A DNA stretch of 64,000 nucleotides from Meyerozyma guilliermondii (lineage: Eukaryota). The notes beneath the pieces are model-generated. The model did no database searches, had not been told where the DNA came from, and worked only from the letters and a program-made list of their open reading frames with translations. Positions 10,663 to 20,559 of this stretch are shown one piece after another. Positions within the stretch are counted from its first letter, which is position 1. Each line of letters begins with the position of its first letter. The stretch is from positions 558,001-622,000 of the forward strand of contig CP128816.1 in assembly GCA_051546255.1 (NCBI GenBank). Reading direction: 5' to 3'. Both the position numbers and the translations under genes were made by a program.

Positions 10663-10668
10663 GAGTCA
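10663..10668 (-). promoter_or_regulatory. Gcn4/Bas1-type TGACTC element upstream of HIS4
   Basis: GAGTCA on +, 34 bp upstream of the HIS4 ATG in a 91-bp intergenic gap. Confidence 0.45.
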
Positions 10669-10720
10669 TATATACAGCCGTGCACCCACACTATAAAACT
10701 ACATAGAATCAACGACCATG

Positions 10721-12535
10721 CTAAAAGTTGAACTCTTCACGGAAGATGGACAAGTCCATACCTGGCTTCACCTTCTCGAGGAGGTCTCTTCTGTCCATTG
10801 CCAAGAAAGCTCGCTTGAGAGTTTCCGTCAACGACGAAGATTGGTTGTGGCTCAATGACCCGGTTCCTTCAACTTGATGCATGGAAATTCCACTCAACAA
10901 ATGCTCAGCGGCTTCTTTGTAACAGCCGATATTGATACACGACACTCCGAGATTGTAGCGTGCCCGAACAAACGTAGGCTTGAGTTCGAGAGCCTTAAAG
11001 TAAGCATTAACTGCCTCTTCAGAACGGTTAGAATTGGCAAGCGAAGCGCCAAGTCTGTTCCAAAGGATAGGGTCGTCGGGTTTGATAGACAATGCGGCCT
11101 TGAAACAGTCTATCGTCTTGTCAAAATCTTCATTGGCGTAAAATAACACACCAAGGCCCATCTGGACATCAGGATCCATACTAGCAGTGTCGGGGGACAA
11201 TTGAGCTGCCTTCATGAAAAGATCAGTAACACGCTTGTTCAACGAGAACCGGTCTTCGTCGTTGATAGAAGGATTTTGCTGTCGAGCTTGTTCGGCCACA
11301 TTGGGGTATTTGGTGGAGATCCACCGTTCGAGCGTTGCAAATGCTGCATTATCGTAGCCCTCGTTGATGTAAGAAATAGCAAGGGTCATGAGTGCCTCAG
11401 AGTTTTCCGGGTTCAATTCCAAGCACTTTTCCAATGCAGCAATGCCGGCTATCTCCTTCTCGTTCTGGGTCTGAACTTCACCAAGTTTCAACCACGCACC
11501 AATGTGGCTCTTATCCTGTTGAATAGCCGCCTCGAACGCCAACGCAGCTTCCGACAACTTGGCGCCGTTTTCCATGAGTTCGAGACCGATCTCGTATGCA
11601 TCCTTCATGTTCAGGAACTGGTTCTGATCTTCGTCCTCAAACTTGTAGTCACCAAAGTGGGCCCTGGTAGAAGCATATTTGGCAAAATCACGCTCCCATT
11701 GCGACATGTCAGCCGGGAGAGTCTCTCTTTGCGAGTCTTTGAACTCTTCGTATTGCTGAGTAATGAAGTCATTTTCCATAGATTCCAGGTTCAAATTATC
11801 CCAAACCTCTTGAAACGTAGCCTGGTACTTGTCATCGATAATGATATCGTCTGCCTGACCCTCCTTGGCCTCTTGCTTTTCCTCTACTTTAGATGTGAGC
11901 TCTTCGATCTCTTTGAACTGATTGTCCCAGTCCACATCAGGTGCCTGATTCTGTGCCTGTTGCTCCATGGGAACATCTCTCTGCATTCCCATAGTCAGCC
12001 CCATGGCCATCAGACCCATTCCCATTCCCATCAGACCCATCATTGGTCGGTAACTCTGATAACCTTGGTTCATCAGGTACGGTTGAGGACCATGATTTGC
12101 AACCATTCCGTCCGCCATGTGGTCTGGACGAAACTCCGATGCCCAGTTGTTGTTAGTGGTTCTTCCCAACGTTTGTGGCGACGCATTACGAGGAACTGGG
12201 CTCTGAGAATGTTTCAAATCATGTGCAAATTCACTGGTCCATCCGTTACCTGGAGACTGTGTGGGACCCGCCGACAGCCTGGCAATTCTATTGATCTCGT
12301 GTCTCATAGGCTGGAATTGGAAGCTGGGACCACCGTTATTATTGTAAAATTGCTCCATATTTTGACGATCACGAGCATTCATCATGGATTCGTTTTTGAA
12401 ATTTTGAGCCTGAGGAACAGCACCTGGCTGAGCCGATTGTCTCTGCAAGGATCTGTCCTGCTGGGTATGTTTATTGAACTGAGAAACTGCATTTCCGCCG
12501 ACAGAACAGTCGGTTCCACCACCTACGAACGACAT
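10721..12535 (-). CDS. PEX5: Peroxisomal PTS1 receptor
   Basis: N-terminal conserved Cys (DCSVGGN), WxxxF motifs (WTSEF, WASEF, WDNQF, WERDF), C-terminal TPRs (LWNRLGASLANSNRSEEA, RARYNLGVSCINIG). Confidence 0.96.
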   Translation of the reverse strand: MSFVGGGTDCSVGGNAVSQFNKHTQQDRSLQRQSAQPGAVPQAQNFKNESMMNARDRQNMEQFYNNNGGPSFQFQPMRHEINRIARLSAGPTQSPGNGWTSEFAHDLKHSQSPVPRNASPQTLGRTTNNNWASEFRPDHMADGMVANHGPQPYLMNQGYQSYRPMMGLMGMGMGLMAMGLTMGMQRDVPMEQQAQNQAPDVDWDNQFKEIEELTSKVEEKQEAKEGQADDIIIDDKYQATFQEVWDNLNLESMENDFITQQYEEFKDSQRETLPADMSQWERDFAKYASTRAHFGDYKFEDEDQNQFLNMKDAYEIGLELMENGAKLSEAALAFEAAIQQDKSHIGAWLKLGEVQTQNEKEIAGIAALEKCLELNPENSEALMTLAISYINEGYDNAAFATLERWISTKYPNVAEQARQQNPSINDEDRFSLNKRVTDLFMKAAQLSPDTASMDPDVQMGLGVLFYANEDFDKTIDCFKAALSIKPDDPILWNRLGASLANSNRSEEAVNAYFKALELKPTFVRARYNLGVSCINIGCYKEAAEHLLSGISMHQVEGTGSLSHNQSSSLTETLKRAFLAMDRRDLLEKVKPGMDLSIFREEFNF

Positions 12536-12572
12536 GAAGAAAGATCGATGACGGCGCTGTCAGATGCAAGAG

Positions 12573-12578
12573 CCTCGG
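12573..12578. promoter_or_regulatory. FarA/Ctf1-type CCTCGG element upstream of PEX5
   Basis: CCTCGG 38 bp upstream of the PEX5 ATG. Confidence 0.5.
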
Positions 12579-12645
12579 TCCTGCAGCTGGGAGAGCGGGG
12601 CAGGGAAAGTGGTGTTGGGTGTGAATCTCGGATCCGGGGAGAATT

Positions 12646-12687
12646 ATGAAAATCATGAAAATCATGAAAATTTCATTTTCATGATTT
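12646..12687. repeat. ATGAAAATC tandem repeat with 12-bp inverted repeat
   Basis: AAATCATGAAAA (12659-12670), TTTCA loop, TTTTCATGATTT (12676-12687). Confidence 0.8.
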
Positions 12688-12773
12688 GACTACACTCTTT
12701 CCGACTTATAAACTTCATTTCTACAAATCTCCATTTCTACAATTTCCATTACTATCTTTCTGCAGTACATTTA

Positions 12774-14108
12774 TCACCACTCAACCGTCGACTTGCCGCA
12801 CTCAAGCTGATCGCAAATCGCATCGAGCTCCTGCACATTGGGGTCGCTCGCAGCCTGCCCCACAAATGCAGGATTAATGGGCTTACCAAGTTCCTGCTCT
12901 TTGGCATAATGTTGTTTCACCATATCCCTTACCAAACCCTGGTAATATAACACCCCGCGTTCCTTGGTGGGGTGCAAGTATCCCGTCGAATACACACGCT
13001 TGTTGAGGTTCTTTTGCGTGTTTTCACACAAGTTGAAATCTTCAAGTTCCACTAGCTGCAAAAAATCGACAAATTCCTTTTTGGTGGCTTCGTCCAACCC
13101 TTTCTTGGTATAAATGTCGTACTGCAAGATGGTGTGGGTCGCCAGAATGGGGAGAACTCGAATCGAGTACCACGCTGGAGAATAACAGTTGATCCCATTG
13201 GAGGGAAAAAGGTAGACCCACAATCCATCGAACTCTCCACCAACATTAGTCTTCTTTTTGGGTTCTTGTTCCTTTTTCTTGCCAAATCCAAACCAGCTGC
13301 CATTTTCCTCGGTTTCTGGCTCGGGAGCAGGTGCTTCTTCGTTGCGGACAATTTCAGCATAGTGACGACAGTATCTCGTCTTGGGGACAACCTTATAGGT
13401 CTCCATCTTGAAAGCAGAATTGAGTCCTGGGTGAGCCGTGGGACAATGGTAGCATTCCTGGTATCCATCCATCAACGTTTTCCAGTTGAATTGGCCATCC
13501 AATTCATAGGACATGTGGTACTCGTAATCTGAAAAATCAAACTCATCGAGCTCCGAATTCAACCCTTGGTAGAATTTTTCAAACGGAAGGTACCCAGATT
13601 CCTCGTCGTCAGTGGCACTAAAGTTGACGAACACAAGACCATGCGATGTAACATGGGTTTTAATTGGAAAAAGAGAATTTTCTTCTTTTTTGAACCCTTG
13701 AACATTTTCAAACTGCGGTGCCTTGGTCAACATTCCGTCACTATTGTACGACCACCCATGGTATTTGCATCCCAAAACCACCGAGGATCCCAGCTCCTTT
13801 CTGACTACGGGATAAGCACGGTGCCGACACACATTATGGAACGCTTTGATTCTTCCGTCTACCTTTGACTTGATAAGAAAAAAATTGATCCCAGTGAACG
13901 AAAACGCAAAATAGTCACCAGCCTTCTTGAACCGAGATTCATGGATACAGAAAAGCCAAGATTTGTTGAAAATAGCCCGCTGCTCCAACTCAAAGATTTT
14001 CTCCGATGTCCACCAAGATGCTGGTAAAGTGTGCTCACCAGGAAGAAGATTTTCTTCAGGAACATCCGCAGGAGGAGCGCTAGGTTTTACAGTTGTAACT
14101 GTTGCCAT
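12774..14108 (-). CDS. CMO1: Rieske [2Fe-2S] oxygenase alpha subunit, choline-monooxygenase-like
   Basis: HNVCRHR...CKYHGW Rieske motif; NWK..DGYQECYHCPTAHP and ED mononuclear iron ligands; likely start MATVTT at 14108. Confidence 0.8.
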   Translation of the reverse strand: MATVTTVKPSAPPADVPEENLLPGEHTLPASWWTSEKIFELEQRAIFNKSWLFCIHESRFKKAGDYFAFSFTGINFFLIKSKVDGRIKAFHNVCRHRAYPVVRKELGSSVVLGCKYHGWSYNSDGMLTKAPQFENVQGFKKEENSLFPIKTHVTSHGLVFVNFSATDDEESGYLPFEKFYQGLNSELDEFDFSDYEYHMSYELDGQFNWKTLMDGYQECYHCPTAHPGLNSAFKMETYKVVPKTRYCRHYAEIVRNEEAPAPEPETEENGSWFGFGKKKEQEPKKKTNVGGEFDGLWVYLFPSNGINCYSPAWYSIRVLPILATHTILQYDIYTKKGLDEATKKEFVDFLQLVELEDFNLCENTQKNLNKRVYSTGYLHPTKERGVLYYQGLVRDMVKQHYAKEQELGKPINPAFVGQAASDPNVQELDAICDQLECGKSTVEW

Positions 14109-14327
14109 GATATAATAAGCTACGAAATTATTTGGTTCGCCCGTCAATTATATAGTGTAAGTGGCATATCCTTGCATGCAAATCGCAATGCAAATCGCAT
14201 CCTACTCCGCTTATCTGGCGCGAAGGTTTCCCTTATCGGGAACTGGTACCCCAGAATTTCAAGCCCCATCGATAACGTCAAGGAATTTTCCCCATCAGGA
14301 ATACGGAAAAAGAGGCATAAGCGGCTA

Positions 14328-17300
14328 TTATCTCTTCTCCAATTTGTCCAACACCGCCAATAATCTCACCACTTCTCGGCTCAATGCGCCGTCTACCAAC
14401 GAAGCAAGCACTGTTTCCATAGCAAACAAAGGATCCGGTGCGACTCGCACGATATTGACCAAATCTTCAATTTCACCAATTAATTTGCTTTCTTTGTTTG
14501 TTTGCAAAAGTTTGTCTCTTATCGTTAAAGCATGCGTCAAGAGAGTATTCACCACGATCAACACCTCTTGCACTATCGTACTGACGACCCGGTGCTCATT
14601 ACTTCCTCTTTGTAGTTTCGCGCCTTCGCCTATCATGACGACGGCAGACCGACCCAAATTCGACAAAATCCGGAACTTGTTGGCGATAAGCCACCTTGTA
14701 GATAAGTCGCTGAGTCCTGTATCGTCTTCTATCGGAATCAGGTCCAAAACGAGCTTGACTCCGAAAAATGCTTGTGACATAATGGGCTCCGACGAGAAAA
14801 TCGTCTTGGTCAATTCGGATGCACTTTTCTCAAATGGAATCACACTCATCAACAAATGGAATGCATTGGTCATCAATTGACCTTGACGAAGCTTGTGCTC
14901 GTCTCCCAAGTACCGAGTAGCCACAACCTTGGTTTTTTCGTGGTCCTGTCTACTTATACCTATCGACGCCGTCAAGGTGCCAGTCAAGGTGCCAGTCAAT
15001 ACCGCTTGCATAAGAGACCGGTTTTGCGGTTCTTGAACAAGTAATTTTGTCATCACATCTACTGCAAACGGAAGGTAAGTGTAGGTGTCGAGAGGAGCCA
15101 CTGGGATGTCCAAATCGGTGCTGGGTGGAGGCCCAAAACTGAAAACTAACGCCAATGCTGTGAATGTCTCTTCCATAGAAGAAAGCTGGATTTCTAGAGC
15201 CACGTTTTGCAACATGAGCAAACAGTCTTTGAGCAAACTTAAGCGCTTGCGATGGAATATGAACTTGTCAGGGTGCTCGGCCACCGCCGTGACGGTTTGC
15301 ATTATCAATTTCTTGTACAAAACGTTGCTTGTTGCAATTGGCTTGTTCACATCCAAAACTGTTAAGCTTCTCAAGATCATGAGCACAGAAACCAATTGGT
15401 CCACCATCATGATCTGGTCGTCGGTAGCACTGCGTGTTTGCTGCTTACTGAAATGGTGCCTATTTTCCTCCTTAAATCCTCGTAAAGCACTCATATAATC
15501 ATCTAGGTGAAACTCGACGTTTTCTTTGATATCCAGAGTATCGGGCAGCAGTTCAGCCGTAGACTGGTTAGTTTCCGAGAACAAATCGTCGTCCAAGTCC
15601 ATATCTGAATCTTGCACCACTTGAGCCGTAAGTGAGTCCACGAAAAAGGCAATGTCCTCATCTTGCGAATCCGTATTTACATAGCGTTCGAAGACTGCAT
15701 CGATAGTGCCACAAGGTTCAGTGGAAATTTCATTTGAAGTCATCTTGGGACTCTGGCGCACAATGCAGTCCACCAAGTTCGATCCAACTGTGCACAAAGC
15801 ATCAAGCAATTCCGGACATTCAGGCAATTTGATCGAAAGAGCAGCGTCCAGCGACACCACGAGTAAAGTGTTCAAAGCATTGGTCACCTCGTCACTGTAG
15901 GGGCTTGTCATTGCTTTGAGAGACATCGTCAATGCGTGCAAGTTAACGGCACCCAATTCTGGAGCGAAAAGAAACACAGGCTTGGCCATATCAATGTCTT
16001 GACCAAGAGACGATAATGTCATTATATCATGACCGGCTTGTGTGTCAGCTGAAGCTCGGTAAGGAATATAGTTCTTGATCATGTTGGTGGTACTGGTTGG
16101 TTTTGGTTCTCCTGGGTTACCTCTCAGTCCCAGGACAGATCTCTGGGTCGCCTGAACGACGCTGCTTGCTCTGGATTGGTTTTGGTGAACGTATGGCGAT
16201 TGGACTTGCGGCGAGTTGTGCGACAGTGTGCTGGCTCGGGACTGCTGGCGCTGACGAGGAGTTGGAGCTGAAGACACAGATTCAGGTGGAAAAGTTTGTC
16301 CCGGAACAAAATTTGAAGTTGGAGTTGGAGCGGGTTTGTTGTGGAGGGCTGGTGAGACTGTTGGCGGTGACATCTGATTCATTTGGTTTACACCTGGTGA
16401 CATTGCCTGCTGTTTTTGATGGGGCTGTTGTTGAGGAATTTGCTGCTGGAGCGGAATTTGATTTGGAGCCGGCTGTTGGTTTGGTGTTGGTGGCTGTTTT
16501 TGACGTTGAAGTTTGGCCACAAGCTGCTTCTGGTAATGAAGTCGGCGCTCCTGGATATCCTTTTGACCATCTGGAGTGCTGCAATATTGTTCATAGGGAA
16601 GCACATATTGCACGTAACATGAACTTAATTCTTTATCTATGCTGGCCCTTCCAGCTGGCGTATCCACTCCTTCGTACAAATTGAGCCGTTGTGCCAAAAT
16701 CGACCACGGTGACGGCTGTTGAGGCTGCTGAAGCGACTTGATCATCACTTGCGCCCCGCCTAGTTTATGCGAAAGAACATACAAAAAGAAAAGATTGACT
16801 CTCTTTCTGTTCACCACAATTGGCTCTCGAATGGGGGACCCACGGCGACTCATGAAGTCGTTCAAAACCGCCATAAATATTTCGATTTGAAGCTGGGCAA
16901 TCTGGGCAGGTGGAAGTTTTCCTTGTGCTTGTCCAGCCGCCTGGGGTTGCTGCGATGGAGGTTCCTGTTGAAGCATGTTTGGCGGAGTTCCATGGGATTG
17001 TGGAGTCTGGGTCTGTGGATTTTGTTGTTGTTGCTGTTGCTGCTGTTGCGGCGGTTGTTGCTGGAAATTAAAGTTCTGCGGCTGTCGATAAAACTGCTCC
17101 ATGTTCTGGTTCAGAAACTGGCGATTATTTTGAGCTCCTTGAGGCATTGCTGCGTTCTGCTGTGGAGTTTCAATACCCACAGAACCAGGAGGTTTACCCA
17201 ATGAAGGGCTGAATTGTTGAGTAATAAGTCCAGTTCGTTGCTGAGATGCTTCCATTTCCATGTTTTTCAACCGAGCCTGAGCCTGGGCTTGAGCCTGAGC

Positions 17301-17343
17301 TTGTGCTTGAGCCCGAGCCTGCGCCTGGGCCAGAGCGTTCATG

Positions 17344-17375
<32 letters not shown>

Positions 17376-18158
17376 CTGCTTTTGTGCCTGGAGCATTTGC
17401 TGCTGCATTATCTGCTGTCGCATCCGAGATAACTGCTCCTTTTTACTGGTGTCCAACAGAGTCTGTGGCTGCTGGCTACCTTGAGGCATTCGCATTTGGT
17501 TGGAGAAATTGTTCATCATACTCTGCTGACCTGCCATGGGCAGGTTCAAGTTCATGGGCGACGCTTGGTTTTGTGGCTGGTGGAATTGCATGTTGAGCTG
17601 ACCAGGCCCCGACCCGGCTTGACCCGCAAGACCTTGGTTCGGACGCTGGTTGTGGTTGATGCCTGTCATGCCTTGGTTCAACCCGGCCAGGTTTTGTCTC
17701 ACGTTTTGGTTCTGGTTTTGGTTGAGGTTCATTTGGTTTTGGTTCATGTTTTGGTTTTGGTTGTGGTTCATTCCTTGACCAAGTCCTTGGTTGGGTCCTT
17801 GGTTCATTCCTTGATTCATTCCTTGGTTTATTTGGTTCATTTGGTTCATTCCCAATTGGTCCATACTTGGGTTTATCGTCAGATTATCCATTCCTTGGTT
17901 TCCCGGGCTCTGGCTCATCGCCCCGCCAGCCATAAACTGCTTTTCCATGGGGCGGTTGCCCTGGTCGGGGTTTTTCGTCTCCATAGGAAACATTAGGTTC
18001 ATTGACTGGTTGGTCGGCTGGTCCATCGGCATCGACATGGCACTCGAAGGAGCATCTTGAGAAGATTCTTGGGAAAACAAGTTGGAGAGAAAGTCGTCTC
18101 CACCTCCCTGGTTGCTCTGGGCACCGTCAAAGTCGTCATATAGCCAGAACTCACTCAT
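14328..18158 (-). CDS. SWI1: SWI/SNF subunit Swi1 (ARID domain, Q/N-rich N-terminus)
   Basis: Long Q/N/M-rich region, ARID (FMSRRG..P..RKRVNLFFLY...LGG...W...YVQYVLPYE), ELGAVNLHALTMSL..E..NALNTLLV BAF250-like C-terminal domain. Confidence 0.88.
17346..17372 (-). repeat. (CAG)9 microsatellite encoding polyQ in SWI1
   Basis: Pure CTG run on + strand, next to an AQ dipeptide repeat. Confidence 0.9.
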
Positions 18159-18272
18159 GTTGGTGGTGTGTTTTTGAGGCGAGCGGCTGCGGAAGTTTTG
18201 AGAATATGCGAAAAATCGAAAACCCTGGGGGCTGTGTGCAGTATATGAAAAGTCGCTACATATTGACTAGCT

Positions 18273-19331
18273 TTACCAAAAATGCCACCATGGTTTGTAA
18301 ATTTGTTTACTGAGCGCCTTGTAGTGCTCCATTTCTTGCCAGCAGTCTCGACCCCATTCACATCCTGCCATATTGACGACAAAGTCGTGGCGATGGAAGA
18401 AATATTGTGGGTCGTCGGCCTTATCCGAGCAGGCTCCGGGAGGAAATGCGTTGATCATTCTGAGAGGTAAGAAACCCACACGCTCGCGGATCCACGGCTG
18501 GGTCAGGTAGAGCGTTTCTAGTGCGTCCTGTTCTTTGTGCTCCCATTGCATATGCATCTGCTCGTACAACGCCGGGTCCCACCAGCTATCCAAAAGCATC
18601 TCTGACCACGCCGACCGCCTCATGAGAAACAGCCCTAAATTGAACCCGCCACAGTCCTGTGTTATTATCATATCCACTGGGTTGTCGTAGTTGACGTAGG
18701 GAATGTCGACTGGGATATTTAGAGGATTGAGTTTGTCGAGAGTACGGTAGGTTGAACCTTCGAGATCGTCCAAAAAATGCTCTTCCAACGACCGGGTCGG
18801 GTCCATGATGAATGTGTGAAGATCAAGCCACCAAAACCATTGGGCATTGGGAAATTGTCTCATGGTTTGTTTGAGAATGTCCACCTTTTCCCACGATTCT
18901 CTCCACTCGTGAGAATATCGTTTTTTGATCGTCATGTCCTTGATGGTTAGAGCATACCCGTGTCTCTTGGCGTACTGCTTTTTGTTGGCAATCAGTGATC
19001 TTTCCACCGACCATTCTTGAGGACCCTTCCATTTGAGAACACCACCACCTTCATTTGCAGCAAGAATTATCACCACTTTTGGATCGCCGCGGCGAAAATG
19101 TGGGATAAACGGCGTCGATGTGAAGAGAGAAAGCGACAATAAAAGCATCAATAAAATTGCAAATATTTTATGTTGAAGAATCAACTCCTGAACCGTGCGA
19201 GTTCCTGCCCTCACATAGTGTTGAAATTTGACTTTTGCCAGCTGATGCTTTGCCGGCTTGAACGTGTGAGTGTAGTCATCGCCGTGAGCTTCCCCCAACT
19301 CGACGCGCTCGTGAACGCTGTATATACTCAT
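18273..19331 (-). CDS. MNN10: Alpha-1,6-mannosyltransferase subunit (GT34)
   Basis: Type II TM, ILAANEGGGV, RYSHEWRESWEK, WWLD, TQDCGGFN, EHKEQD, VNMAGC. Confidence 0.92.
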   Translation of the reverse strand: MSIYSVHERVELGEAHGDDYTHTFKPAKHQLAKVKFQHYVRAGTRTVQELILQHKIFAILLMLLLSLSLFTSTPFIPHFRRGDPKVVIILAANEGGGVLKWKGPQEWSVERSLIANKKQYAKRHGYALTIKDMTIKKRYSHEWRESWEKVDILKQTMRQFPNAQWFWWLDLHTFIMDPTRSLEEHFLDDLEGSTYRTLDKLNPLNIPVDIPYVNYDNPVDMIITQDCGGFNLGLFLMRRSAWSEMLLDSWWDPALYEQMHMQWEHKEQDALETLYLTQPWIRERVGFLPLRMINAFPPGACSDKADDPQYFFHRHDFVVNMAGCEWGRDCWQEMEHYKALSKQIYKPWWHFW

Positions 19332-19421
19332 GGACGCCAGACGTGAATCGCAGTGTTGAATTATTGAATTGTGTTGGATTGGTCAGCAGTCACGAAATAT
19401 TACATAAGCGTCCGATTCCAT

Positions 19422-20437
19422 TTATCGTAACGGTAAGAGGTTTTGTTCATCGCAGTGCTGCCGACACAACGGGCATTCCGGGTGGTCGCGAATCCAATCC
19501 ACGATGCAGATCCAGCAGAAAAAATGGCCGCAATTGGCCGCGGCTGGATTCGTCATTGGCGACAAACAAAGCATGCAGGCGCGGGTGTTTTCCGGTATAT
19601 AAGGGAGCTGCGTGGGGTCAGAAAGGTCAATGTTCATAGATTTGTAGAGATTTTCGTCATTGTTCACTTTTTCTCCGATTTTTTCCAATTGGCCAATATT
19701 TGAGATGAGTGTATCGGATCCAGATTGGTCAACTTTCTCAGAAGTTTTTTTCTTGTTGAGGTGAGTCTTGAGATTGAGAAGTCCCTTTACCGCAAACTGA
19801 AGCAAGATCACTGCACCCAATAAACCGTAACTGCCTGTAGCTTGTTTGAGCTTCTTAGGGTCTTTATTATGACCGAAAACGTACCGCATTCCAAATATAC
19901 GCTTAGAAAGCGAATAATATTCACCCAGAAAATAAAACACGGCAATATGAAGATTCATGAGCACATCGAGTATTTTGGTGTAGGACGACAAAAACGTCGT
20001 AACATACCAGGGTTCGTCTCCCTCTTTGCCAGCTCTCCACCTTTTGACTAACCGGCTCACTACATACGGCAAAAGGGCATACGAGACAATAAACCCGATT
20101 TTGGGCAACATGTGGGGTAATCGTTTGCCGCTTCGATTAACATACATCAAGTCCACATACTCTTCTCCCAAGGTTCTAGCACCCAAAAGTGTTGTGAGCG
20201 CCAAGTAGAGCGATTTTGCCGCAACGGTGATTTCCTCAGGATGTGTGTGAACATATCTTTGACCTTTTAAAACATGGATGACATCTTGAATTTTCGTTCG
20301 AAAAGAAGACTCAAAATAAGCATCTTTCTGATGAGCTCTCACTATGTTAGTGTTGTTTGTGGTTGTAGTAGCAGAATTTACATACCTATAGTTGCCGCAT
20401 TCGCATACGGCAATGCATTCTTGTTCACCTTAGACAT
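19422..20437 (-). CDS. PEX10: Peroxin 10 RING E3 ligase; join(20437-20386, 20341-19422)
   Basis: Exon 1 MSKVNKNALPYANAATI spliced through GTATGT...CACTAAC ATAG gives conserved ATIVRAHQKD; TLGEEY motif; C3HC4 RING CMLC..CGHFFCWIC..CPLCR. Confidence 0.93.
20342..20385 (-). other. 44-nt spliceosomal intron of PEX10
   Basis: 5'SS GTATGT, branch point CACTAAC, 3'SS TAG; removal restores the frame and the conserved motif. Confidence 0.88.
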
Positions 20438-20559
20438 GGTTATTGACCGAGGTGAGCTGTGGGGAGAAGTGAATATATGAATGTTGTTCTATATGCAGGA
20501 TATTCGATGGCTTAATTTATATGCTGTATCCGGTGCTTTGGTAACTTTGGGCTCTTCAG

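Noticed and set aside
11201..12649. 482-aa + strand ORF antisense to PEX5
   Set aside because: TTG start, no recognisable motif, in register with PEX5 codons; typical antisense shadow.
14161..18313. Several 100-240 aa + strand ORFs opposite SWI1 (polyL/polyA/VHL repeats)
   Set aside because: Mirror translations of the Q/N repeats.
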